Below are positions 38,201 to 50,925 of a stretch of DNA of 64,000 nucleotides, piece after piece. The notes beneath the pieces are model-generated. The model did no database searches. It had not been told where the DNA came from and saw only the letters and a program-made list of their open reading frames with translations. How positions within the stretch are numbered: position 1 is the first letter of the stretch; each line of letters opens with the position of its first letter. The stretch is from contig OZ024744.1 in NCBI GenBank assembly GCA_964016885.1, positions 128,402,001-128,466,000 on the forward strand, in the 5' to 3' direction. The stretch is from Eledone cirrhosa. Lineage: Eukaryota. Position numbers and translations under genes: made by a program.

Positions 38201-41200
38201 GTTAAGTTAAGTTGGGGTTAAGTTAAGTTGGGGGTAAGTTAAGTTGGGGTTAAGTTAAGTTGGGGGTAAGTTAAGTTGAGGGTAAGTCAAGTTGGGGTTA
38301 AGTCAAGTTGGGGTTAAGTTAAGTTGGGGTTAAGTTAAGTTGGGGTTGAGTTAAGTTGGGGTTGAGTTAAGTTGGGGTTAAGTTAAGTTGGGTGTAAGTT
38401 AAGTTGGGGTTAAGTTAAGTTGGGGTTAAGTTAAGTTGGGGTTAAGTTAAGTTGGGGGTAAGTTAAGTTGGGGGCAAGTTAAGTTGGGGTTAAGTTAAGT
38501 TGGGGTTAAGTTAAGTTGGGGTTAAGTTAAGTTGGGGTTAAGTTAAGTTGGGGTTAAGTTAAGTTGGGGGTAAGTTAAGTTGGGGTTAAGTTAAGTTGGG
38601 GTTAAATTAAGTTGAGGTTAAGTTAATTTGGGGTTAAGTTAAGTTGGGGTTAAATTAAGTTGGGGGTAAGATAAGTTGGGGCTAAGTTAAGTTGGGGCTA
38701 AGTCAAGTTGGGGTTAAGTCAAGTTGAGGTTAACTTAAGTTGGGGTTAAGTTAAGTTGGGGTTAAGTTAAGTTGGGGTTAAGGTAAGGTGGGGTTAAGTT
38801 AAGTTGGGGTTAAGTTAAGTTGGGGTTAAGTTAAGTTGGGGTTAAGTTAAGTTAGGGTTAATTTCAGTTGGGGTTATGTTAAGTTGGGGTTAAGTTAAGT
38901 TGGGGTTAAGTTAAGTTGAGGTTAAGTTAAGTTGGAGTTAAGTTAAGTTGGGGTTAAGCTAAGTTGGGGTTAAGTTAATTTGCGGTTAAGTTAGGTTGTG
39001 GGTTAAGTTAAGTTGGGGTTAAGCTAAGCTGGGGTTAAGTTAGGGTAAGTTAAGTTGGGGTTAAGTTAAGTTGGGGTTAAGTTAGGTTGGGGTTAAGTTA
39101 AGTTGGGGTTAAGTTAAGTTGGGGTTGAGTTAAGTTGGGGTTGAGTTAAGTTGGGGTTAAGTTAAGTTGGGGTTAAGTTAAGTTGGGGTTAAGTTAAGTT
39201 GGGGTTAAGTTAAGTTGGGGTTAAGTTAAGTTGGGGGCAAGTTAAGTTGGGGTTAATTTAAGTTGAGGTTAAGTTAAGTTGGTGTTAAGTTAAGTTGGGG
39301 CTAAGTTAAGTTGGGGCTGAGTTAAGTTGGGGCTGAGTTAAGTTGCAGTTAAGTTAAGTTGGGGTTGAGTTAAGTTGCGGTTAAGTTAAGTTGGGGTTAA
39401 GTTAAGTTGGGGTTAAGTTAAGTTGGGGTTTATTTAAGTTGGGGTTCAGTTAATTTGGGGTTAAGTTAAGTTTGGGTTAAGTTGGGGTTAAATTAAGTTG
39501 GGGTTAAATTAAGTTGGGGTTAAGCTAATTTGGGGTTAAGTTAAGTTGGGGTTAATTTAAGTTGGGGTTAAGTTAAGTTGCGGGTAATTTAAGTCGGGGT
39601 TAAGTTAAGTTGGGGTTAAGTTAAGTTGGGGTTAAGTTAAGGTGGGGTTTAGTTAAGTTGGGGTTAAGTTAAGTTGGGGGTAAGTTAAGTTGGGGGCAAG
39701 TTGAGTTGGGGTTAAGTTAAGTTGGGTTTAAGTTAAGTTGGGGCTAAGTTAAGTTGGGGCTAAGTTAAGTTGGGGCTGAGTTAAGTTGGGGTTAAGTTAA
39801 GTTGGGGTTGAGTTAAGTTGGGGTTAACTTAAGTTGGGGTTAAGTTGGGGTTAAGTTAAGTTGGGGTTAAATTAAGTTGGGGGTTAGTTAAGTTGGGGCA
39901 AGTTAAGTTGGGGTTAATTTAAGTTGGGGTTAATTTAAGTTGGGGTTATGTTAAGTTGGGGTTAAGTTAAGTTGGGGTTAAGTTAAGTTGGGGGTAAGTT
40001 AAGTTGGGGTTAAGTTAAGTTGGGGGTAAGTTAAGTTGAGGGTAAGTCAAGTTGGGGTTAAGTCAAGTTGGGGTTAAGTTAAGTTGGGGTTAAGTTAAGT
40101 TGGGGTTGAGTTAAGTTGGGGTTGAGTTAAGTTGGGGTTAAGTTAAGTTGGGTGTAAGTTAAGTTGGGGTTAAGTTAAGTTGGGGTTAAGTTAAGTTGGG
40201 GTTAAGTTAAGTTGGGGGTAAGTTAAGTTGGGGGCAAGTTAAGTTGGGGTTAAGTTAAGTTGGGGTTAAGTTAAGTTGGGGTTAAGTTAAGTTGGGGTTA
40301 AGTTAAGTTGGGGTTAAGTTAAGTTGGGGGTAAGTTAAGTTGGGGTTAAGTTAAGTTGGGGTTAAATTAAGTTGAGGTTAAGTTAATTTGGGGTTAAGTT
40401 AAGTTGGGGTTAAATTAAGTTGGGGGTAAGATAAGTTGGGGCTAAGTTAAGTTGGGGCTAAGTCAAGTTGGGGTTAAGTCAAGTTGAGGTTAACTTAAGT
40501 TGGGGTTAAGTTAAGTTGGGGTTAAGTTAAGTTGGGGTTAAGGTAAGGTGGGGTTAAGTTAAGTTGGGGTTAAGTTAAGTTGGGGTTAAGTTAAGTTGGG
40601 GTTAAGTTAAGTTAGGGTTAATTTCAGTTGGGGTTATGTTAAGTTGGGGTTAAGTTAAGTTGGGGTTAAGTTAAGTTGAGGTTAAGTTAAGTTGGAGTTA
40701 AGTTAAGTTGGGGTTAAGCTAAGTTGGGGTTAAGTTAATTTGCGGTTAAGTTAGGTTGTGGGTTAAGTTAAGTTGGGGTTAAGCTAAGCTGGGGTTAAGT
40801 TAGGGTAAGTTAAGTTGGGGTTAAGTTAAGTTGGGGTTAAGTTAGGTTGGGGTTAAGTTAAGTTGGGGTTAAGTTAAGTTGGGGTTGAGTTAAGTTGGGG
40901 TTGAGTTAAGTTGGGGTTAAGTTAAGTTGGGGTTAAGTTAAGTTGGGGTTAAGTTAAGTTGGGGTTAAGTTAAGTTGGGGTTAAGTTAAGTTGGGGGCAA
41001 GTTAAGTTGGGGTTAATTTAAGTTGAGGTTAAGTTAAGTTGGTGTTAAGTTAAGTTGGGGCTAAGTTAAGTTGGGGCTGAGTTAAGTTGGGGCTGAGTTA
41101 AGTTGCAGTTAAGTTAAGTTGGGGTTGAGTTAAGTTGCGGTTAAGTTAAGTTGGGGTTAAGTTAAGTTGGGGTTAAGTTAAGTTGGGGTTTATTTAAGTT

Positions 41201-44200
41201 GGGGTTCAGTTAATTTGGGGTTAAGTTAAGTTTGGGTTAAGTTGGGGTTAAATTAAGTTGGGGTTAAATTAAGTTGGGGTTAAGCTAATTTGGGGTTAAG
41301 TTAAGTTGGGGTTAATTTAAGTTGGGGTTAAGTTAAGTTGCGGGTAATTTAAGTCGGGGTTAAGTTAAGTTGGGGTTAAGTTAAGTTGGGGTTAAGTTAA
41401 GGTGGGGTTTAGTTAAGTTGGGGTTAAGTTAAGTTGGGGGTAAGTTAAGTTGGGGGTAAGTTAAGTTGGGGGTAAGTTAAGTTGGGGTTAAGTTAAGTCG
41501 GGGTTAAGTTAAGTTGGGTTTAAGTTAAGTTGGGGTTAATTTAAGTTGGGGTTAAGTTAAGTTGGGGGTAAGTTAAGTTGGGGGTAAGTTAAGTTAGGGT
41601 TAAGTTAAGTTGGGGTTGAGTTAAGTTGGGGTTAAGTTAAGTTGGGGTTATGTTAAGTTGGGGTTAAGTTAAGTTGGGGTTAAGTTAAGTTGGGGTTAAG
41701 TTAAGTTGCGGTTAAGTTAAGTTGGGGTTAAATTAAGTTGGGGTTAAGTTAAGTTGGGATTAAGTTAAGTTGGGGTTAAGTTAAGTTGGGGTTAAGTTAA
41801 GTTGGGGTTAAGTTAGATTGTTGTTAAGTTAAGTTGGGGTTAAGTTAAGTTGGGGTTAAGTTAAGTTGGGGTTAATTTAAGTTGGGGTTAAGTTAAGTTG
41901 GGGTTAAGATAAGTTGGGGTTAAGTTAAGTTGGGGTTAAATTAAGTTCGGGTTAAGTTAATTTGGGGTTGACTTAAGTTGGGGTTAACTTAAGTTGGGAT
42001 TAAGTTAAGTTGGGGTTAAGTTAAGTTGGGGTTAAATTAAGTTCGGGTTAAGTTAAGTTGGGGTTAAGTTAAGTTGGGGTTAAGTTAAGTTGGGGTTAAG
42101 TTAGGTTGGGGTTAAGTTAAGTTGGGGGTAAGTTAAGTTGGGGTTAAGTTAAGTTGGGGTTAAGTTAAGTTGGGGGTAAGTTAAGTTGGGGGTAAGTTAA
42201 GTTGGGGTTAATTTAAGTTGGGTCGAATTAAGTTGGTGTTAAGTTAAGTTGGGGTTAAGTTAAGTTGGGGTTAAGTTAAGTTGGGGTTAAGTTAAGATGG
42301 GGTTTAGTTAAGTTGGGGTTAAGTTAAGTTGGGGTTACGTTAAGTTGGGGGTAAGTTAAGTTGGTGGTAAGTTAAGTTGGGGGTAAGTTAAGATGGGGTT
42401 AAATTAAGTTGGGGTTAAGTTAATTTGGGGTTGACTTAATTTGGGGTTGACTTAAGTTGGGGTTAACTTAAGTTGGGGTTAAGTTAAGATGGGGTTTCGT
42501 TAAGTTGGGGTTAAGTTAAGTTGGGGTTTAGTTAAGTTGGGGTTAAGTTAAGTTGGGGTTAAGTTAAGTTGGTGGTAAGTTAAGTTGGGGGTAAGTTAAG
42601 TTGGGGGTAAGTTAAGTTGGGGTTAATTTAAGTTGGGTCGAATTAAGTTGGTGTTAAGTTAAGTTGGGGTTAAGTTAAGTTGGGGTTAAGTTAAGTTGGG
42701 GTTCAATTAAGTTGCGGTTAATTTAAGTTGGGGTTAAGTTAAGTTGGGGTTAAGTTAAGTTGGGGTTAAGTTAAGTTGGGGTTAAATTAAGTTGGGGTTA
42801 AATTAAGTTGGGGTTAAGTTAAGTTGGGGTTATGTTAAGTTGGTGTTAAGTTAAGTTGGGGTTAAGTTAAGTTGGGGTTAAGTTAAGTTGGGGTTAAGTT
42901 AGGTTGGTGCTAAGTTAAGTTGGGGGTAAGTTAAGTTGGGGGTAAGTTAAGTTGGTGTTAAGTTAAGTTGGGGTTAAGTTAAGTTGGGGTTAAGTTAAGT
43001 TGGGTTTAAGTTAAGTTGGGGCTAAGTTAAGTTAGGGCTAAGTTAAGTTGGGGTTAAGTAAAGTTAGGGCTAAGTTAAGTTGGGTTAAGTTAAGTTGGGG
43101 TTAATTTAACTTGGGGTTACATTAAGTTGAGGTTAAGTTAAGTTGGTGTTAAGTTAAGTTGGGGTTAATTTAAGTTGGGGTTAATTAAGTTGGGGTTAAT
43201 TTAAGTTGGGGTTAAGTTAAGTTGGGGTTAATTTCAGTTGGGGTTGAGTTAAGTTGGGGTTAAGTTTAGTTGGGGTTAATTTAAGTTGGGGTTGAGTTAA
43301 GTTGGGGTTAAGTTAAGTTGGGGTTAAGTTATGTTCGGGTTAAGTTAAGTTGGTGTTAAGTTAAGTTAGGGTTAAGTTAAGTTGCGGCTAAGTTAAGTTG
43401 GGTCTAAGTTAAGTTGGGGTTAAGTTAAGTTGGGGTTAAGTTAAGTGAGGGTTAATTTAAGTTGGGGTTATTTTAAGTTGGGGTTAAGTTAAGTTGGGGT
43501 TAAGTTAGGTTGGTGTTAAGTTAAGTTGGGGGTAAGTTAAGTTGGGGCTAAGTTAAGTTAGGGCTAAGTTAAGTTGGGGCTGAGTTAAGTTGGGGTTAAG
43601 TTAAGTTGGGGTTGAGTTAAGTTGGGGCTAAGTTAAGTTGGGGTTTAGTTAAGTTGGGGTTAAGTTAAGGTGGGGTTAAGTTAAGTTGGGGTCAACTAAA
43701 GTTGGGGTTAAGTTAAGTTGGGGTTAACTTAAGTTGGGGTTAAATTAAGTTGGGGTTAAGTTAAGTTGGGGTTAAGTTAAGTTGGGGTTAAGTTAAGTTG
43801 CGGGTAATTTAAGTTGGGGTTAAGTTAAGTTGGGGTTAAGTTAAGTTGGGGGTAAGTTAAGTTGGGGGTAAGTTAAGTTGGGGTTAAGTTAAGTTAGGGT
43901 TAAGTTAAGTTGGGGTTGAGTTAAGTTGGGGTTAAGTTAAGTTGGGGTTATGTTAAGTTGGGGTTAAGTTAAGTTGGGGTTAATTTAAGTTGGGGTTAAG
44001 TTAAGTTGCGGTTAAGTTAAGTTGGGGTTAAATTAAGTTGGGGTTAAGTTAAGTTGGGATTAAGTTAAGTTGGGGTTAAGTTAAGTTGGGGTTAAGTTAG
44101 ATTGTTGTTAAGTTAAGTTGGGGTTAAGTTAAGTTGGGGTTAATTTAAGTTGGGGTTAATTTAAGTTGGGTCTAATTAAGTTGGGGTTAAGTTAAGTTGG

Positions 44201-47200
44201 GGTTAAGTTAAGTTGGGGTTAAGTTAAGTTGGGGTTAAGTTAAGTTGCGTTTACGTTAAGTTGGGGGTACGTTAAGTTGGTGGTGAGTTAAGTTGGGGGT
44301 AAGTTAAGATGGGGTTAAGTTAAGTTGGGGTTAATTTAATTTGGGGTTAAGTTAAGTTAGGGTTAAGTTAAGTTGGGGTTGAGTTAAGTCGGGGTTCAGT
44401 TAAGTTGGGGTTATGTTAAGTTGGGGTTAAGTTAAGTTGGGGTTAAGTTAAGTTGGGGTTCAATTAAGTTGCGGGTAATTTAAGTTGGGGTTAAGTTAAG
44501 TTGGGGGTACGTTAAGTTGGGGGTAAGTTAAGTTGGGGTTAAGTTAAGTTGGGGTTAAGTTAAGTCGGGGTTAATTTAAGTTGCGGTTAAGTTAAGTTGG
44601 GGTTAAGTTAAGTTGGGGTTAAGTTAAGTTGGGATTAAGTTAAGTTGGGGTTAAGTTAAGTTGGGGTTGAGTTAAGTTGGGGTTAAGTTAGATTATTGTT
44701 AATTTATTTTGGGGTTAAGTTAAGTTGGGGTTAAGTTAAGTTGGGGTTAATTTAAGTTGGGGTTAAGTTAAGTGGGGGTTAAGTTGAGTTGGGGTTAAGT
44801 TAAGTTGGGGTTAAGTTAAGTTGGGGTTAAGATAAGTTGGGGTTAAGTTAAGTTGGGGTTGAGTTAAGTTCGGGTTGAGTTAATTTGGGGTTAACTTAAG
44901 TTGGGGTTAACTTAAGTTGGGGTTAAGTTAAGTTGGGTTTATGTTAAGTTGGGGATAAGTTAAGTTGGGGTTAAGTTAAGTTGGGGTTCAATTAAGTTGC
45001 GGTTAATTTAAGTTGGGGTTAAGTTAAGTTGGGGTTAAGTTAAGTTGGGGTTAAGTTAAGTTGGGGTTAAATTAAGTTAGGGCTAAGTTAAGTTGAGGTT
45101 ATGTTAAGTTGGTGTTAAGTTAGGTTGGTGTTAAGTTAAGTTGGGGGTAAGTTAAGTTGGGGGTAAGTTAAGTTGGTGTTAAGTTAAGTTGGGGTTAAGT
45201 TAAGTTGGGGTTAATTTAAGTTGGGGTTAAGTTAAGTTGGGTTTAAGTTAAGTTGGGTCTAAGTTAAGTTGGGGTTAAGTTAAGTTGAGGTTAAGTTAAG
45301 TTGGGATTAAGTTAAGTTGGGGTTAAGTTAAGTTGGGGTTAAGTTAAGTTGGGGTTAAGTTAGGTTGGGGTCAAGTTATGTTGGGGGTAAGTTAAGTTGG
45401 GGGTAAGTTAAGTTGGGGTTAGGTTAAGTTGGGGTTAAGTTAAGTTGGGGTTAAGTTAAGTTGGGGTTACGTTAAGTTGGGGGTGAGTTAAGTTGGTGGT
45501 AAGTTAAGTTGGGGGTAAGTTAAGATGGGGTTAAGTTAAGTTGGGGTTAATTTAATTTGGGGTTAAGTTAAGTTAGGGTTAAGTTAAGTTGGGGTTGAGT
45601 TAAGTTGGGGTTAAGTTAAGTTGGGGTTATGTTAAGTTGGGGATAAGTTAAGTTGGGGTTAAGTTAAGTTGGGGTTCAATTAAGTTGCGGTTAATTTAAG
45701 TTGGGGTTAAGTTAAGTTCGGGTTAAGTTAAGTTGGGGTTAAGTTAAGTTGGGGTTAAATTAAGTTAGGGCTAAGTTAAGTTGAGGTTATGTTAAGTTGG
45801 TGTTAAGTTAAGTTGGGGTTAAGTTAAGTTGGGGTTAAGTTAAGTTGGGGTTAAGTTAAGTTGGGTTTAAGTTAAGTTGGGGCTAAGTTAAGTTGGGGTT
45901 AAGTTAAGTTGGGGTTAAGTTAAGTTGGGGTAAATTTAAGTTGGGGTTAAGTTAAGTTCGGGTTAAGTTAAGTTGGGGTAGAGTTAAATTGAGGTTAAGT
46001 TAACTTTGGTTTCAGTTAAGTTGGGGTTAAGTTAAGTTGGGGTTAAGTTAAGTTGGGGTTAATTTAAGTTGGGGTTAAATTAAGTTGGAGTTAAGCTAAG
46101 TTGGGGTTTATTTAAATTGAGGTTAAGTTAACTTGGGTTTGAGTTAAGTTGGGGTTAAGTTAAGTTGGGGTTAAGTTAACTTGGGTTTGAGTTAAGTTGG
46201 GGTTAAGTTAAGTTGGGGTTAAGTTAAGTTGGGGTTAATTTAAGTTGGGGTTAAATTAAGTTGGGGTTAAGTTAAGTTGGGGTTAAGTTAAGTTGAGGTT
46301 GAGTTAAGTTGGGGTTGAATTAAGTTGGGGTTAAGTTAAGTTGGGGTTAAGTTAAGATGGGGTTAAGCTAAGTTGGGGTTAAGTTAAATTGAGGTTAAGT
46401 TAACTTGGGTTTGAGTTAAGTTGGGGTTAAGTTAAGTTGGGGTTAAGTTAAGTTGGGGTTAATTTAAGTTGGGGTTAAATTAAGTTGGGGTTAAGTTAAG
46501 TTGGGGTTAAGTTAAGTTGGAGTTAAGTTAAGTTGGGGTTAAGTTAAGTTGAGGTTGAGTTAATTTGGGGTTAAGTTAAGTTGGGGTTAACTTAAGTTGG
46601 GGTTAATTTAAGTTGGGGTTAAGTTAAGTTGGGGGTAGGTTAAGTTGGGGGCAAGTTGAGTTGGGGTTAAGTTAAGTTGGGTTTAAGTTAAGTTGGGGCT
46701 GAGTTAAGTTGGGGTTAAGTTAAGTTGGGGTTGAGTTAAGTTGGGGTTAACTTAAGTTGGGGTTAAGTTGGGGTTAAGTTAAGTTGGGGTTAAATTAAGT
46801 TGGGGGTTAGTTAAGTTGGGGCAAGTTAAGTTGGGGTTAATTTAAGTTGGGGTTAATTTAAGTTGGGGTTATGTTAAGTTGGGGTTAAGTTAAGTTGGGG
46901 TTAAGTTAAGTTGGGGGTCAGTTAAGTTGGGGTTAAGTTAAGTTGGGGGTAAGTTAAGTTGAGGGTAAGTCAAGTTGGGGTTAAGTCAAGTTGGGGTTAA
47001 GTTAAGTTGGGGTTAAGTTAAGTTGGGGTTGAGTTAAGTTGGGGTTGAGTTAAGTTGGGGTTAAGTTAAGTTGGGTGTAAGTTAAGTTGGGGTTAAGTTA
47101 AGTTGGGGTTAAGTTAAGTTGGGGTTAAGTTAAGTTGGGGGTAAGTTAAGTTGGGGGCAAGTTAAGTTGGGGTTAAGTTAAGTTGGGGTTAAGTTAAGTT

Positions 47201-50200
47201 GGGGTTAAGTTAAGTTGGGGTTAAGTTAAGTTGGGGTTAAGTTAAGTTGGGGGTAAGTTAAGTTGGGGTTAAGTTAAGTTGGGGTTAAATTAAGTTGAGG
47301 TTAAGTTAATTTGGGGTTAAGTTAAGTTGGGGTTAAATTAAGTTGGGGGTAAGATAAGTTGGGGCTAAGTTAAGTTGGGGCTAAGTCAAGTTGGGGTTAA
47401 GTCAAGTTGAGGTTAACTTAAGTTGGGGTTAAGTTAAGTTGGGGTTAAGTTAAGTTGGGGTTAAGGTAAGGTGGGGTTAAGTTAAGTTGGGGTTAAGTTA
47501 AGTTGGGGTTAAGTTAAGTTGGGGTTAAGTTAAGTTAGGGTTAATTTCAGTTGGGGTTATGTTAAGTTGGGGTTAAGTTAAGTTGGGGTTAAGTTAAGTT
47601 GAGGTTAAGTTAAGTTGGAGTTAAGTTAAGTTGGGGTTAAGCTAAGTTGGGGTTAAGTTAATTTGCGGTTAAGTTAGGTTGTGGGTTAAGTTAAGTTGGG
47701 GTTAAGTTAAGCTGGTGTTAAGTTAGGGTAAGTTAAGTTGGGGTTAAGTTAAGTTGGGGTTAAGTTAGGTTGGGGTTAAGTTAAGTTGGGGTTAAGTTAA
47801 GTTGGGGTTGAGTTAAGTTGGGGTTGAGTTAAGTTGGGGTTAAGTTAAGTTGGGGTTAAGTTAAGTTGGGGTTAAGTTAAGTTGGGGTTAAGTTAAGTTG
47901 GGGTTAAGTTAAGTTGGGGGCAAGTTAAGTTGGGGTTAATTTAAGTTGAGGTTAAGTTAAGTTGGTGTTAAGTTAAGTTGGGGCTAAGTTAAGTTGGGGC
48001 TGAGTTAAGTTGGGGCTGAGTTAAGTTGCAGTTAAGTTAAGTTGGGGTTAAGTTAAGTTGGGGTTAAGTTAAGTTGGGGTTAAGTTAAGTTGGGGTTTAT
48101 TTAAGTTGGGGTTCAGTTAATTTGGGGTTAAGTTAAGTTTGGGTTAAGTTGGGGTTAAATTAAGTTGGGGTTAAATTAAGTTGGGGTTAAGCTAATTTGG
48201 GGTTAAGTTAAGTTGGGGTTAATTTAAGTTGGGGTTAAGTTAAGTTGCGGGTAATTTAAGTCGGGGTTAAGTTAAGTTGGGGTTAAGTTAAGTTGGGGTT
48301 AAGTTAAGGTGGGGTTTAGTTAAGTTGGGGTTAAGTTAAGTTGGGGGTAAGTTAAGTTGGGGGTAAGTTAAGTTGGGGGTAAGTTAAGTTGGGGTTAAGT
48401 TAAGTCGGGGTTAAGTTAAGTTGGGGTTAAGTTAAGTTGGGGTTAATTTAAGTTGGGGTTAAGTTAAGTTGGGGGTAAGTTAAGTTGGGGGTAAGTTAAG
48501 TTAGGGTTAAGTTAAGTTGGGGTTGAGTTAAGTTGGGGTTAAGTTAAGTTGGGGTTATGTTAAGTTGGGGTTAAGTTAAGTTGGGGTTAAGTTAAGTTGG
48601 GGTTAAGTTAAGTTGCGGTTAAGTTAAGTTGGGGTTAAATTAAGTTGGGGTTAAGTTAAGTTGGGATTAAGTTAAGTTGGGGTTAAGTTAAGTTGGGGTT
48701 AAGTTAAGTTGGGGTTAAGTTAGATTGTTGTTAAGTTAAGTTGGGGTTAAGTTAAGTTGGGGTTAAGTTAAGTTGGGGTTAATTTAAGTTGGGGTTAAGT
48801 TATGTCGGGGTTAAGTTGAGTTGGGGTTAAGTTAAGTTGGGGTTAAGTTAAGTTGGGGTTAAGTTAAGTTGGGGTTAAGATAAGTTGGGGTTAAGTTAAG
48901 TTGGGGTTAAATTAAGTTCGGGTTAAGTTAATTTGGGGTTGACTTAAGTTGGGGTTAACTTAAGTTGGGATTAAGTTAAGTTGGGGTTAAGTTAAGTTGG
49001 GGTTAAATTAAGTTCGGGTTAAGTTAAGTTGGGGTTAAGTTAAGTTGGGGTTAAGTTAAGTTGGGGTTAAGTTAGGTTGGGGTTAAGTTAAGTTGGGGGT
49101 AAGTTAAGTTGGGGTTAAGTTAAGTTGGGGTTAAGTTAAGTTGGGGGTAAGTTAAGTTGGGGGTAAGTTAAGTTGGGGTTAATTTAAGTTGGGTCGAATT
49201 AAGTTGGTGTTAAGTTAAGTTGGGGTTAAGTTAAGCTGGGGTTAAGTTAAGTTGGGGTTAAGTTAAGATGGGGTTTAGTTAAGTTGGGGTTAAGTTAAGT
49301 TGGGGTTACGTTAAGTTGGGGGTAAGTTAAGTTGGTGGTAAGTTAAGTTGGGGGTAAGTTAAGATGGGGTTAAATTAAGTTGGGGTTAAGTTAATTTGGG
49401 GTTGACTTAATTTGGGGTTGACTTAAGTTGGGGTTAACTTAAGTTGGGGTTAAGTTAAGATGGGGTTTAGTTAAGTTGGGGTTAAGTTAAGTTGGGGTTT
49501 AGTTAAGTTGGGGTTAAGTTAAGTTGGGGTTAAGTTAAGTTGGTGGTAAGTTAAGTTGGGGGTAAGTTAAGTTGGGGGTAAGTTAAGTTGGGGTTAATTT
49601 AAGTTGGGTCGAATTAAGTTGGTGTTAAGTTAAGTTGGGGTTACGTTAAGTTGGGGTTAAGTTAAGTTGGGGTTAAGTTAAGTTGGGGGTAAGTTAAGTT
49701 GGGGGTAAGTTAAGTTGGGGTTAATTTAAGTTGGGTCGAATTAAGTTGGTGTTAAGTTAAGTTGGGGTTAAGTTAAGTTGGGGTTAAGTTAAGTTGGGGT
49801 TGAGTTAAGTCGGGGTTAAGTTAAGTTGGGGTTATGTTAAGTTGGGGTTAAGTTAAGTTGGGGTTAAGTTAAGTTGGGGTTCAATTAAGTTGCGGTTAAT
49901 TTAAGTTGGGGTTAAGTTAAGTTGGGGTTAAGTTAAGTTGGGGTTAAGTTAAGTTAGGGTTAAATTAAGTTGGGGTTAAATTAAGTTGGGGTTAAGTTAA
50001 GTTGGGGTTATGTTAAGTTGGTGTTAAGTTAAGTTGGGGTTAAGTTAAGTTGGGGTTAAGTTAAGTTGGGGTTAAGTTAGGTTGGTGTTAAGTTAAGTTG
50101 GGGGTAAGTTAAGTTGGGGGTAAGTTAAGTTGGTGTTAAGTTAAGTTGGGGTTAAGTTAAGTTGGGGTTAAGTTAAGTTGGGTTTAAGTTAAGTTGGGGC

Positions 50201-50925
50201 TAAGTTAAGTTAGGGCTAAGTTAAGTTGGGGTTAAGTAAAGTTAGGGCTAAGTTAAGTTGGGTTAAGTTAAGTTGGGGTTAATTTAACTTGGGGTTACAT
50301 TAAGTTGAGGTTAAGTTAAGTTGGTGTTAAGTTAAGTTGGGGTTAATTTAAGTTGGGGTTAATTAAGTTGGGGTTAATTTAAGTTGGGGTTAAGTTAAGT
50401 TGGGGTTAATTTCAGTTGGGGTTGAGTTAAGTTGGGGTTAAGTTTAGTTGGGGTTAATTTAAGTTGGGGTTGAGTTAAGTTGGGGTTAAGTTAAGTTGGG
50501 GTTAAGTTATGTTCGGGTTAAGTTAAGTTGCGGCTAAGTTAAGTTGGGTCTAAGTTAAGTTGGGGTTAAGTTAAGTTGGGGTTAAGTTAAGTGAGGGTTA
50601 ATTTAAGTTGGGGTTATTTTAAGTTGGGGTTAAGTTAAGTTGGGGTTAAGTTAGGTTGGTGTTAAGTTAAGTTGGGGGTAAGTTAAGTTGGGGGTAAGTT
50701 AAGTTGGTGTTAAGTTAAGTTGGGTTTAAGTTAAGTTGGGGCTAAGTTAAGTTAGGGCTAAGTTAAGTTGGGGCTGAGTTAAGTTGGGGTTAAGTTAAGT
50801 TGGGGTTGAGTTAAGTTGGGGCTAAGTTAAGTTGGGGTTTAGTTAAGTTGGGGTTAAGTTAAGGTGGGGTTAAGTTAAGTTGGGGTCAACTAAAGTTGGG
50901 GTTAAGTTAAGTTGGGGTTAACTTA
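30000..50925 (+). repeat. ~7.2-kb higher-order repeat in about 2.7 copies; the second copy is expanded to 8,699 bp and the third is truncated at ~50,925
   Basis: TAGAGTTAAATTGAGG at 30054, 37280, 45979. TCAACTAAAG at 34993, 43692, 50886. TCGA clusters begin at 33301, 42223, 49194. GATTGTTG at 32830, 41816, 48723. Confidence 0.88.
37900..41440 (+). repeat. Recent 1,760-bp tandem duplication nested in the second ~7.2-kb unit
   Basis: The private variant AAGCTAAGCTGGGG is seen only at 39021 and 40781. Other marker pairs at the same offset: 37931/39691, 38980/40740, 39345/41105, 39641/41401. Confidence 0.93.

Noticed and set aside
37900-41440. 1,760 = 110 x 16 as evidence of enforced phase
   Set aside because: The unit contains several short indels that happen to sum to one monomer, and other periods (3537, 6689, 7699, 4612, 8699) are not multiples of 16.
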